Origin: Nitrospirae bacterium RBG_13_39_12
Lineage (GTDB): Bacteria > Nitrospirota > Thermodesulfovibrionia > Thermodesulfovibrionales > SM23-35
DNA: 45,395 nt
Reading direction: 5' to 3'
Assembly: GCA_001805125.1 (NCBI GenBank)
Contig: MHEF01000121.1
Coordinates: 1,841 to 47,235, forward strand
This document shows positions 8,337 through 17,121 of this stretch, piece after piece (within the stretch, counting starts at the first letter, position 1; every line of letters begins with the position of its first letter). The translations under genes and the position numbers were made by a program. The notes below the pieces were generated by a model. That model saw only the letters and a list, made by a program, of their open reading frames with translations, ran no database searches and was not told where the DNA came from.

Positions 8337-9041
8337 TCAGACCTCCACACCGAGGTATCGGATGAGAACCTCTTTTTTCCCTTGAACTTCTTCTTTTCCT
8401 GCATTGTATTCTATCTTCCCCTTCACCATAAAATAGACGCTATCGGCCATCGTTAATGCAAAAGGAATCTTTTCTTCTACCAACAAGATCGCCATCCCGC
8501 TCTCGTTGAGCTTCTTGATGACTTCCATCAGTTTGGAAACAAAAATGGGCATCAGGCCTGTTGTCGGTTCATCCAACAAAAGGATCTCAGGTCTTTTTAC
8601 CAACGCCCTTGAAATAGCGAGGGCCTGTTGTTCTCCTCCACTCAAGGTTCCTGCCAATTGATGCAGCCTCTCCCGAAGGACCGAAAAGAGATGAAAAACT
8701 CCCTCTAACTGACGTTCATCCGACTGGTCAGTCATGCCTGTTTTTAAATTTTCCAATACGGTCATCTTTGGAAATAGATGCCTCCCCTGGGGAACGTATC
8801 CGATACCCTTCCTCGCTACCTTATAGGCTGCGAGCTTGGTAATATCTGCATCTTTAAAAAAAATGGTTCCTGCCCTGGGCTTGATGAGGCCCATGATGGT
8901 CTTCAACATAGTGGTTTTTCCAGCCCCATTCCGGCCTAACAGGGCTACGATCTCCTTTTTTTTTACCTCCAGGGATGCTCCCTGTAAAATATAACTTCTC
9001 CCGTAATAGGTGTGGATGTCATCCACTCTTAATAAACTCAA
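8337..9041 (-). CDS. ABC transporter ATP-binding protein, LivF-like
   Basis: Walker A GRNGAGKTT, signature LSGGEQQ and Walker B LLLDEP. It overlaps the upstream ATPase gene by 4 nt. Confidence 0.9.
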   Translation of the reverse strand: MSLLRVDDIHTYYGRSYILQGASLEVKKKEIVALLGRNGAGKTTMLKTIMGLIKPRAGTIFFKDADITKLAAYKVARKGIGYVPQGRHLFPKMTVLENLKTGMTDQSDERQLEGVFHLFSVLRERLHQLAGTLSGGEQQALAISRALVKRPEILLLDEPTTGLMPIFVSKLMEVIKKLNESGMAILLVEEKIPFALTMADSVYFMVKGKIEYNAGKEEVQGKKEVLIRYLGVEV

Positions 9042-9793
9042 CTGATCTCTCCAAGATATATTCTTTGAACCTCTTCGTTCTTGCTGATCTCATCAGGAGA
9101 ACCTTCGGCGATCACCCGGCCTTCGTTCAAAACGGTGATGATATGGCAGAGACGCAGAACGACGTCCATGCTATGCTCGATTAAAATAATTGTCATCTTT
9201 TTTGACAACCTCTCAACGACTTCTAAAATATTGTCCGTCTCTTTCGGACTCACCCCTTGCGTGGGTTCATCCAGGAGAAGGACAGAGGGTTGGGTGCTAA
9301 TGGCCATGCCTATTTCTAAAATCTTTTGATCTCCATAAGAAAGATTGGAGGCCAATTCGTTCATTTTCTCCTTTAACCCAACCAAGTGACAGATCTCCTG
9401 TGTCTTTTGAGAGAGATCAGCCACATGATGAGCAAGGGTCACTGGATTCCATGGCCGCTTTGCCCTCGAGTTCACTCCCACCCAAATACTCTCATAAACG
9501 GTCATCTCTGGAAAGATAAATGTTAATTGAAAGGTTCGACTCAGACCCTTCTGACAGATGATATGGGGAGTGAGATGGGTGATCTCCTCGCCTCTTAAAA
9601 ATATCTTTCCTGATGTCGGCTGCAACTCACCGGTGATGACATTAAAAAGAGTGGTCTTTCCAGCCCCGTTTGGTCCTATGATACCCCGTACCTCCCTCTC
9701 TTTGATAGTATAGGTGACGTCATCAAGAGCTGTTAAACCGCCAAAACGCATCGTCACTGAAACGGTTTCTAAAAGATTGCTGCCAGAGGCCAT
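9038..9793 (-). CDS. ABC transporter ATP-binding protein, LivG-like
   Basis: Walker A GPNGAGKTT, signature LSYGDQK, Walker B LLLDEP, and a LivG-like C-terminal extension. Confidence 0.9.
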   Translation of the reverse strand: MASGSNLLETVSVTMRFGGLTALDDVTYTIKEREVRGIIGPNGAGKTTLFNVITGELQPTSGKIFLRGEEITHLTPHIICQKGLSRTFQLTFIFPEMTVYESIWVGVNSRAKRPWNPVTLAHHVADLSQKTQEICHLVGLKEKMNELASNLSYGDQKILEIGMAISTQPSVLLLDEPTQGVSPKETDNILEVVERLSKKMTIILIEHSMDVVLRLCHIITVLNEGRVIAEGSPDEISKNEEVQRIYLGEIS

Positions 9794-9799
9794 GGCCCT

Positions 9800-10789
9800 T
9801 TATGTCAACCTCCTGCTGATCACATATCCCAGAATGCCTTTACGGGATATCCTTAAAATCAGTAAGATAATAATACCAAAGAGTATCAAATAGTATGTCC
9901 ACCAAGCACTCACGTAATACTGGAATAAAGACATGATCACTACCCCTATCCACGAACCTGCAAGCGTTCCAAGGCCGCCGATGAGACACCAGACAACAGG
10001 CATGATCGACCAATGAAAACTAAAGAAATCAGCAGACCCATAACGAAGTGTCAGGGCATAAAGACCACCGCTCAAGGCGGCAAACATCCCTGAGACGATA
10101 AAGGCGATCAGCTTATAGCGATAGACATTATATCCTAAGAACTGCACTCTTTTCTCATTTTCTCGGATCGACACAAAGACCCTCCCCATTGGAGATCTGG
10201 CTATCCTGTTCAAGATTAAATAGCTTACGGCCAGGAATATTAGGACAAAATAGTAATTGACCCATGGATTGTAGAGGGAAATGGTTTCAGGTCCAAGAGA
10301 AATGGATGGAAGTTTAATGGAGAGGCCATCATCTCCACCTGTCAACCATGTCATATCCATGGCTAATAGATGGAATACGGCGAAAAAAATAGCGGTGATG
10401 ATGACAAAGTAAGCTTCTGAGAGGCGTACACAGATCAATCCCACGATCAGCGACAGGAGAAGGCCTGCCCCCACGCTGAAGAAGATGGAGGGTAAAATTC
10501 CAAACTTCAGATGGAGTATAGAAAAAATAGCCCCATAGGCCCCTCCACCAAAAAAGACAGAATGGCCCAAGCTGCACTGGTTCGTAAGACCAAAACAGAC
10601 ATCGTATCCCATGGCCAAAATAGAGAAGATCATCATATGGGTCACCAATGATCTCGCACCTTTGGGCAGGAGGATTCCCATTACCACCCACAGGAGTAAA
10701 AAGGTGATGGCGAAGTAATTGAGGGTAGTTCTTTTCTCGCCCACCTTCTCAAATTCCATATCCATTCCCTTTTTAGCCAATGGCTTCAA
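9800..10789 (-). CDS. Branched-chain-amino-acid-type ABC permease, LivM-like
   Basis: 329-aa polytopic membrane protein in the LivH-LivM-LivG-LivF gene order. It overlaps the upstream permease stop by 4 nt. Confidence 0.85.
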   Translation of the reverse strand: MKPLAKKGMDMEFEKVGEKRTTLNYFAITFLLLWVVMGILLPKGARSLVTHMMIFSILAMGYDVCFGLTNQCSLGHSVFFGGGAYGAIFSILHLKFGILPSIFFSVGAGLLLSLIVGLICVRLSEAYFVIITAIFFAVFHLLAMDMTWLTGGDDGLSIKLPSISLGPETISLYNPWVNYYFVLIFLAVSYLILNRIARSPMGRVFVSIRENEKRVQFLGYNVYRYKLIAFIVSGMFAALSGGLYALTLRYGSADFFSFHWSIMPVVWCLIGGLGTLAGSWIGVVIMSLFQYYVSAWWTYYLILFGIIILLILRISRKGILGYVISRRLT

Positions 10790-11646
10790 TCCCTGAACAA
10801 GCCCTGAGGACGACGTATGAGTATCATGATCATAATGACAAAAATCGCTGCCCTGGCCTTCGTGGGAGAAAGCACAGAAGCCAGCACTCCTTCTAATGAA
10901 CAGAGTGATAACGCGGCGATCAAAGTACCCTTGAGGCTACCCAGACCACCGATAATCACCACGATGAAAGAGAGTAGAATCACATTATCGCCCATCAGGT
11001 AGAAAACCTGGTTGATAGGAGCAGCAAGGACTCCCCCTACAGCCGCAAGGACACTACCCATGGCGAAAGTGGTAATGAGCACCTTGTTGACGTCGATACC
11101 CATCGCGCTTGCCATCTCTCTATCCTGCATGGATGCCCTGACCAAAATCCCATAGGAGGTCTTGTATAAAAAAAGCCAGAGGCCCACAAGGATAAGAACA
11201 GAAATGCAGGCGACCAACAAGCGGTAACCAGGATAGTCCACACCAAGGAAATTAAAACTGATGGGCCAAGGACTGATTATCTTTTTGGGAATTCCCCCAT
11301 AAGTCCCAAGGGCGATTTGTTGAATGATGAACGAAATCCCAACTGTGGCGATCATGGTGGAAGAATGATGACCTTCATAGGGTCTCAATATAAAACGCTC
11401 CACCGGCGCTGAAACCAAGATGACGATGGCCGGAACCAATATCAAACTCAGCCAAAAGTTCCCAAGCATTCCTACCACATAAAAGGAAAGGACAGCCCCT
11501 ACCATGTAAATATCACCATGGGCCATATTCACGATCCCCATGACACCAAAGATGAGGCAGTGGCCAATGGCTATTAGAGCGACGATGAGGCCCCAGATCA
11601 GGCCATTAACAAGAAGGAAGAGAATGGTGGTTACAATCTCTGGCAA
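10786..11646 (-). CDS. Branched-chain-amino-acid-type ABC permease, LivH-like
   Basis: 286-aa polytopic membrane protein. Its size and position are typical of LivH. Confidence 0.85.
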   Translation of the reverse strand: MPEIVTTILFLLVNGLIWGLIVALIAIGHCLIFGVMGIVNMAHGDIYMVGAVLSFYVVGMLGNFWLSLILVPAIVILVSAPVERFILRPYEGHHSSTMIATVGISFIIQQIALGTYGGIPKKIISPWPISFNFLGVDYPGYRLLVACISVLILVGLWLFLYKTSYGILVRASMQDREMASAMGIDVNKVLITTFAMGSVLAAVGGVLAAPINQVFYLMGDNVILLSFIVVIIGGLGSLKGTLIAALSLCSLEGVLASVLSPTKARAAIFVIMIMILIRRPQGLFRD

Positions 11647-11724
11647 CGATAAACACCTCTATTCCAAGGCGTGTTTTTAATCTAAAACCCTATAGGCTTA
11701 GGACCCGTTAAAGAACTTTCTCTT

Positions 11725-11930
11725 ACCTAAATTGAGCGATTTTTCGTTATTCATTACATCAAAGATACTGGATTCCTGCTTCCGCAGGAATGACGACTAC
11801 CACCCAATGAATGAAAATGTCATTTCCCCCCTGCTTTCGCAGGGGTAAACTTGTCCCCGCAAAGGCGGGGAACGGGAATCCAGAAGGGTTTATCTTTAAT
11901 AATAATTATTAAGAATCGCTCAATTTAGGT
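11725..11930. repeat. Nested-hairpin REP/MITE-like element (R1) between the binding-protein and permease genes
   Basis: A perfect 17-bp terminal inverted repeat, ACCTAAATTGAGCGATT (11725-11741) / AATCGCTCAATTTAGGT (11914-11930), encloses three GC-rich hairpins. These are 11772-11791 (ATTCCTGC-ttcc-GCAGGAAT), 11828-11845 (CCCCTGC-tttc-GCAGGGG) and 11854-11871 (TCCCCGC-aaag-GCGGGGA). The 25-mer at 11770-11794 is the exact reverse complement of 32270-32294. Confidence 0.75.
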
Positions 11931-11939
11931 CTTATAAAT

Positions 11940-13190
11940 TTATAATGGTTCTTTTGTATGATCAATTGCAGGTGGATAAGTCGCATCCTTTGCAGGGATC
12001 CTTGCCACCACCTTTATCTCTCCCTTTTGGATCTGTTCTATATAGAGTCCTGTAATAGTAAAGTGATCTTCAGCACGGATATGCATATCCCCCTGAGGAA
12101 ACTCTAAACTCTCCTTGAAGACCATGCCTTCCAAAGTCTTAATAACCTTTGGCGTGTCTGCTCTTCCTTTCCATCCACTCTTCTCAATAGCCGCTTTGAG
12201 CGCAAAGAAAGGTTGCCAGACCGCCCAGTCATAAGCCAAAACAAAATATTTGCCTGTGCCAATCTCCTTCCCATCCCCATCGACTTTGATCAGATCCCGA
12301 TAAGCCTTATTAAATTTGGTGTTCAACCCCTCCAGGCGGGTGGGATAGGAGGTGATGCAATAAGCCCCTTCTGCGGGAGCACCGAGCTGCTTTGGATCCT
12401 GAGCCGAAAAGGCATAGACGGCGCCCAGTTTTTTGATGTCAGGCCGCACCGCATGCAAATCTCTGATGAAGGAGAGGAAGTCAGAACCATAGCATGCAAA
12501 GTAGATTGCTTCTGCCTCCTTCGGGATTTTGCCTTTTAAATAAGGAAGCCAGTCACCCGTGCCCAGGGGTACCCGGATCGCTCCGAGCACGGTCCCGCCG
12601 CTTTCCGTAATATAGGTTTTGAAGTCGCTCTCGTTTGCCCATCCCCAGGCAAAATCGACGACGACGGTCATCCATTTCTTTCCTATCTTCTCAATCGCAA
12701 ACTTCGCCGCAGCCTTGCACTCCTCTCTCACATTTGTGGCTGACTGAAAGACATACCGGTTCCCTTTATCTCCTGAGATCTCTGTCGCAGAACCACAGGG
12801 GAAATAGGGCGTCTGAAGCTCTTTGGCGATAGGGGCGCATGCGATACAGATTCCCGAATGGTTGGAATCGAAGACAAAACTTGCCCCGTTTGTCTCAACT
12901 AACTTTCTAAATTTCAAAGCCCCCACTGAAGGCTTCGATTCTGTATCTTCCACGTAAAGTTCGATAGGGCGGCCCGCAATCCCTCCCTCTTTGTTCACCT
13001 TTTCGACCGCTGCCACCATCACCTTCTCATGAGAATATCCATAGGCCGCCAGCCCCCCTGTTTTTTCAGCAAGCAACCCGATCTTGATAGGCTCCCTTTT
13101 CGCCTGACCTACTGCCCTTCTTTCGCTCGTACTGATCCAAATGACGAATGCCAGCATGATGATTAACAAAACGATGACATACTTCTTCAT
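11940..13190 (-). CDS. ABC transporter periplasmic substrate-binding protein (LivK/PBP1 type)
   Basis: 416 aa with an N-terminal signal/anchor (MKKYVIVLLIIMLAFVIWI). Its size and pattern match a type-1 periplasmic binding protein, and it is the first gene of the Liv-type operon. Confidence 0.85.
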   Translation of the reverse strand: MKKYVIVLLIIMLAFVIWISTSERRAVGQAKREPIKIGLLAEKTGGLAAYGYSHEKVMVAAVEKVNKEGGIAGRPIELYVEDTESKPSVGALKFRKLVETNGASFVFDSNHSGICIACAPIAKELQTPYFPCGSATEISGDKGNRYVFQSATNVREECKAAAKFAIEKIGKKWMTVVVDFAWGWANESDFKTYITESGGTVLGAIRVPLGTGDWLPYLKGKIPKEAEAIYFACYGSDFLSFIRDLHAVRPDIKKLGAVYAFSAQDPKQLGAPAEGAYCITSYPTRLEGLNTKFNKAYRDLIKVDGDGKEIGTGKYFVLAYDWAVWQPFFALKAAIEKSGWKGRADTPKVIKTLEGMVFKESLEFPQGDMHIRAEDHFTITGLYIEQIQKGEIKVVARIPAKDATYPPAIDHTKEPL

Positions 13191-13293
13191 AAGATCCTCC
13201 TTTCTACTCTATTTTTCGACAGTTAAAGATTAACATTCTGACCCACCGCAAAAATCGAACGAAAATGATTAATATTGAATTTCTATCTGTTTG

Positions 13294-14271
13294 TCAAGCT
13301 GAAATTCCATTCTCGACATAGTTCAAGAGCCCCTCAAGGCTCATCCCTTGAATGCCCATCTTTTCCAGTGTCCACCCAGTCTTCCAGTAATCTATTCCAT
13401 TAATAATCGAAGCCAGATCAATCAAAGCATTGATAATAGGCGCAGGAACATCTAACATCCTTCCCAGATAAGCCATGGGAACGATTCCAAAGGGAATATC
13501 TTCGGTTAAAAAACGGTAGGAGAGATTCTCGGGCGCCCGGATAAACCGATTGGGTTCGCTTTCTTGAAGGGCCTGATAAAGAGAACCGGATTGGTAAGCC
13601 CTTTCGCTGGTTGAACCTGCTTTATAGAAGAAATCCAAAAACCGATCGCTCTTGAAACTGAGCTTCTGACAGATAGCCATTCTTTCCTTATCAACCTTCT
13701 CCATGACCCGGGCAACAGCCGGAGTAGTGCCTTCACAGTAGTAAGAAAAATTTCCCTTCGCGTGTTCAATCCACCCGGCATTCAAAATCATTCCCGGTGG
13801 ATGGAGCACTGCGTTGATATTGGTCAGTGATGTCTCCAGAACGTTCTTCCGTTCTGTACTTTCAGGAAAGAGCCCCTTAAATATCTGATAGCATTCCATT
13901 GTCTTCTTACCCGGGAGCGATGCAAACTGGACTTTCGACCGAGATGTGATTTTCACTCTGGAAGGACCAACCAGACGACAGATATAGGTCAAGGTGTTTG
14001 TCTCGCAGATGGGGACATCCATTCTTGCTCCCCTTTCCCGCAGAATCTTTTTAAAGGCTAAAGCCCCTCCTGTGGATCCAGGATTTAGGACAACCATCTG
14101 TCCATTTTTGAGGTAGGGTGCGCAAGCATGGGCATAGTATTCATGGGCAATAGCCGGGACAGTGATGAGGATGGCCTCTGCTTCTTCCAAAGCTTCTTCG
14201 ATGGTCTCACACACTCGGTGGATATGGACAAACTGTTCACCGGAGGGTGAAGCACTTATCAATCTCTCCAT
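13294..14271 (-). CDS. NAD/NADP octopine/nopaline dehydrogenase-family protein, apparently lacking the N-terminal Rossmann GxGxxG segment (possible gene relic)
   Basis: The stretch ILITVPAIAHEYYAHACAPYLKNGQMVVLNPGSTGGALAF aligns by eye to about residues 60-110 of family members. The ORF starts only about 20 aa upstream of that stretch, and the space further upstream is occupied by the TtcA-like gene (stop 14259). Confidence 0.65.
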   Translation of the reverse strand: MERLISASPSGEQFVHIHRVCETIEEALEEAEAILITVPAIAHEYYAHACAPYLKNGQMVVLNPGSTGGALAFKKILRERGARMDVPICETNTLTYICRLVGPSRVKITSRSKVQFASLPGKKTMECYQIFKGLFPESTERKNVLETSLTNINAVLHPPGMILNAGWIEHAKGNFSYYCEGTTPAVARVMEKVDKERMAICQKLSFKSDRFLDFFYKAGSTSERAYQSGSLYQALQESEPNRFIRAPENLSYRFLTEDIPFGIVPMAYLGRMLDVPAPIINALIDLASIINGIDYWKTGWTLEKMGIQGMSLEGLLNYVENGISA

Positions 14272-14993
14272 TTTGAGAAGGTATAATCCATTTTAATATT
14301 GGACAGAGATCGAAAGATATTGCCCTTCACCCTGCGGTTCTTTTTCTCCAGGGACTCAATCAATTCCTTCACCTCTCTTCTCTTTGTCTTTCCAGAACTC
14401 GGGCAACCGCTGGGACCAAATGGGAGTTCCATCTCCTTGGCGAACCGCTCAATCTTCTTCTCCTCCAAAAGGGCTAATGGCCGAATGAGAGTAATTTTCC
14501 CCTTGAACAAGGTTTGAAGGGGAAGCATGGTGCTGATCTCGCCGGAGTAAAAAATATTTAAGAGAAGTGTTTCGATGATGTCGTCCTTGTGATGACCAAG
14601 GGCAATCTTGTTACATTTCAAACGATGGGCCAGATGGAAGAGCTGCTTTCTCCTCTCCCAGGAGCAAAGGAAACAGGGGTTCTCTCGATTCTCAGAACTG
14701 TTCGCCTTCCTTCCGATATCTGTGAATTCAATATGATACGGAAGGCCGTGCATTTCAAAAAAGCCTTTCAGGACTTCAGCTCTTCCAGAATCAAAACCTA
14801 AGTCAATGTGGACAGGGATCAGCTCGTAATCAATCGGAACCCGTTTCTGACGCTCCTGAAGGAGGTTTAGCAGTGTGAGACTGTCCTTTCCTCCTGAAAC
14901 CCCCACTAAGATCCGGTCTCCATCCTGGACCAATCCGAAACGATGGATGGCCTTCCCTATTAAACTTCGAATCTCTTTTTCCCAGTAAGCCAT
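14259..14993 (-). CDS. ttcA: TtcA-family PP-loop ATPase (tRNA 2-thiocytidine synthetase-like)
   Basis: PP-loop SGGKDS, CFLCS (CxxC), ALGHHKDDIIETLLLNIFYSG (compare E. coli TtcA [21 protein letters not shown]), and a C-terminal Cys (GCPSSG). Confidence 0.8.
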   Translation of the reverse strand: MAYWEKEIRSLIGKAIHRFGLVQDGDRILVGVSGGKDSLTLLNLLQERQKRVPIDYELIPVHIDLGFDSGRAEVLKGFFEMHGLPYHIEFTDIGRKANSSENRENPCFLCSWERRKQLFHLAHRLKCNKIALGHHKDDIIETLLLNIFYSGEISTMLPLQTLFKGKITLIRPLALLEEKKIERFAKEMELPFGPSGCPSSGKTKRREVKELIESLEKKNRRVKGNIFRSLSNIKMDYTFSKWRD

Positions 14994-15014
14994 CTTTACT
15001 TCACAAAGTTATAA

Positions 15015-15070
15015 GTGAGCTAAAGTGAACTAAAGTTTTTAAGAAATTGAACTTTAGGCACTTTAGTCAC
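15015..15070. repeat. Word-repeat hairpin H1 (about 10-nt word GTGARCTAAA and its complement)
   Basis: The left arm GTGAGCTAAAGTGAACTAAAGTT (15015-15037) pairs with the right arm AACTTTAGGCACTTTAGTCAC (15050-15070) apart from two small bulges. Further CACTTTAG words continue into the 3' end of the EndoIII-like CDS. Confidence 0.7.
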
Positions 15071-15073
15071 TCA

Positions 15074-15721
15074 TCACTTTAGACACTTTATCTCTTTTAG
15101 GGGACAACTATCACATCTCGGTATCTTTCTGCACGCAGTTTTCCCCAGATGTACAAGGAGGGCATGGTATTCATTAAATAGTCTTTCATCAGGAGGAAGA
15201 TGGTTCATAAAGAGATCCTGGATTTCTCCATAAGAAGCTTGCTCTGAAATGATCCCATGTCTTGAAAGGATTCGTTTTGTATAAGCATCGACAACAAAAA
15301 TTGGTTTTTTAAGTCCGTAAAGAAGGATGCTATCTGCCGTTTCAGGTCCGACTCCCTTCACTTCCAGGAGTTTCTCCCGCAACGTTTCCATCCTTTCTCT
15401 CCTCATCTTCTTTAGATCTCCATTATATTCTTCAAATAGAAAACTCACGAAGGCCTTCAAACGATCGGCCTTGATTCGATAGTAACCTGAAGATCTGATC
15501 AGGGGGGCCAACTGTGATTTCCTAAGTTGACGAATCCCTTCTGCACTTAAAAATCCCTTATTCTTAAGCTTTTGAATCGCTTTTTCCACATTTTTCCAAG
15601 AAGTATTTTGGGTAAGGATAGCTCCCACCATCACCTCAAAAGGAGTCTCTCCAGGCCACCAGTGCCGTGGACCATAAGCCTTATAAAGTGCACGATAAAT
15701 CTTCATCAATAGGTTCTTCAT
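15074..15721 (-). CDS. Endonuclease III-like HhH-GPD DNA glycosylase domain protein
   Basis: Helix-hairpin-helix LLEVKGVGPETADSILLY followed by VVDAYTKRIL (catalytic Asp). A C-terminal four-Cys cluster is present (CRKIPRCDSCPLKEIKC). The start was moved to the internal ATG (MKNLLMKIYRAL), so the start is uncertain. Confidence 0.75.
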   Translation of the reverse strand: MKNLLMKIYRALYKAYGPRHWWPGETPFEVMVGAILTQNTSWKNVEKAIQKLKNKGFLSAEGIRQLRKSQLAPLIRSSGYYRIKADRLKAFVSFLFEEYNGDLKKMRRERMETLREKLLEVKGVGPETADSILLYGLKKPIFVVDAYTKRILSRHGIISEQASYGEIQDLFMNHLPPDERLFNEYHALLVHLGKTACRKIPRCDSCPLKEIKCLK

Positions 15722-15838
15722 AACACAATCCAGGTCTCCTCTTAAGGGTCCCACAAAGGGGTCCAAGGGGTCTATGGTTCGAGTGGTGAAGCGAAAGGAT
15801 AAAAATGATAAGGAATAAAGAATTTGGAATGTAAACCC

Positions 15839-15870
15839 TTGAACCCATGAACCCTCGAATCCTTGAACCC
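15839..15870. repeat. Word-repeat H2: four tandem 8-mers (TTGAACCC ATGAACCC TCGAATCC TTGAACCC)
   Basis: Read directly at 15839-15870, ending 4 nt before the stop codon (15875-15877) of the ABC-2 permease gene. There is only a weak complementary arm upstream (GGTTCGAG at about 15776). Confidence 0.6.
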
Positions 15871-15874
15871 TTTT

Positions 15875-17014
15875 TCATTTGAGCCTCTTCTGGAATCTCA
15901 AGGAACTTAAGAGGATCATAAACCCGCCCAAAACTGCAAGTGCCAACATCTGAGGCCAGAGTATATCCAATCCGATCCCTTTCAAAAAGACGCCTCGGAC
16001 GATGATCAAAAAGTATCGTAGGGGGTTTATATAGGTTATATATTGAATCCACTGCGGCATATTCTCTAATGGAAAGGCAAAACCAGATAGGATAAAGGCG
16101 GGCATCATGAACAAGAAGGTAGAGATCTGAGCTTGCTGCTGTGTTGAAGAGACGGTGGAAATGAAGAGGCCCACACCCACTGAACTCATTAAAAAGAGGA
16201 CATTGCCTAAAAAAAGGATGAGGGGATTTCCTCGAAGGGGGACTTCAAACCATAATACGCCAATGAGGGCAATCATAATCACATCCAGAAGACCGATCAA
16301 AGCAAAGGGAACCGTCTTCCCCAAGACCAGTTCCCAGGGACGAATGGGGGTGACCATGATCTGTTCGAGTGTTCCGATCTCCCTCTCCCTCACAATGGCC
16401 TGGGCCGTAAGGATGATGGGGAGGAGAAAGGCAATGGAAGCGATGACCCCTGGCACATAAAAGTATCGACTTTCGAAATTTGGATTGAACCAGGTCCGGT
16501 GTGCTAATTCTACTCCGGCCTCCTCGAAACCGATCATTCCTTCCTGGTTCAGCCTTTTTATAAAAGCCACCGTTGAATATTCTGAAAGAATGCGATTCAC
16601 ATAGCCCAGGGCGATCATTGCGGTATTCGACTCGGTTCCGTCGAGGAGAATCTGGACGTCGGCGGTCTCCCCTTTTTTTAGCTTTTTCGAAAACCCACTG
16701 GGGATCTCAATGCTCATGATGATATTCCCTTTTTTAATAAAGTCTTCAATTTCCTTTGGGGTCTGAGGAAAAGAAACGATATCAAAATATTTTGAACTTC
16801 CAAATCGAGCGATGAGGTCCCTCGAATCCACAGTCTGGTCAAGATCTCGAAAAGCGGTGTAGATATTCTTCACATCCAGATTTGCGGCATATCCGAAGAT
16901 GATCAACTGAAAAAGGGGAGGGATGACGAGGGTGATCCTTAACCGCTTATCTCTTAGAACCTGGATTAACTCTTTCACAAAGAGGTACCGAACTCGTTTA
17001 AACATAAAAAACAT
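15875..17014 (-). CDS. ABC-2 type transporter permease (YbhS/YbhR-like)
   Basis: 379 aa. It has an N-terminal TM helix, a large extracytoplasmic loop, then 5 C-terminal TM helices, which is typical of ABC-2 exporters. It is the last gene of the HlyD-ATPase-ATPase-permease-permease operon. Confidence 0.85.
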   Translation of the reverse strand: MFFMFKRVRYLFVKELIQVLRDKRLRITLVIPPLFQLIIFGYAANLDVKNIYTAFRDLDQTVDSRDLIARFGSSKYFDIVSFPQTPKEIEDFIKKGNIIMSIEIPSGFSKKLKKGETADVQILLDGTESNTAMIALGYVNRILSEYSTVAFIKRLNQEGMIGFEEAGVELAHRTWFNPNFESRYFYVPGVIASIAFLLPIILTAQAIVREREIGTLEQIMVTPIRPWELVLGKTVPFALIGLLDVIMIALIGVLWFEVPLRGNPLILFLGNVLFLMSSVGVGLFISTVSSTQQQAQISTFLFMMPAFILSGFAFPLENMPQWIQYITYINPLRYFLIIVRGVFLKGIGLDILWPQMLALAVLGGFMILLSSLRFQKRLK

Positions 17015-17015
17015 G

Positions 17016-17107
17016 TTGGAATATTGGAAGAATGGAATGATGGAAAAAGAATTTTTTAAATCTTTCTATCCTTAGTTTTCCACTATTCCAATACTCCATT
17101 ATTCCAT
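17016..17107. repeat. Word-repeat hairpin H3: 4 x 8-mer (wTGGAAdr) facing 4 x complementary 8-mer
   Basis: The left array is TTGGAATA TTGGAAGA ATGGAATG ATGGAAAA (17016-17047). The right array is TTTTCCAC TATTCCAA TACTCCAT TATTCCAT (17076-17107). Together they form an imperfect hairpin of about 32 bp that fills the gap between the two permease genes. Confidence 0.75.
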
Positions 17108-17121
17108 CCTTCCTTATATTT

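Noticed and set aside
10329-11246. Same-strand alternative-frame ORFs inside LivM/LivH-like genes (10329-10691, 11037-11246) and 10817-11002(+)
   Set aside because: They are embedded in well-supported permease genes and are rich in Arg/Pro/Gly, as expected for off-frame translation.
15681-16052. 123-aa minus-strand ORF spanning the permease / EndoIII-like gap
   Set aside because: It reads through the tandem 8-mer repeat and overlaps two well-supported genes. The peptide (…GSRIRGFMGSRVYI…) is simply the repeat translated.
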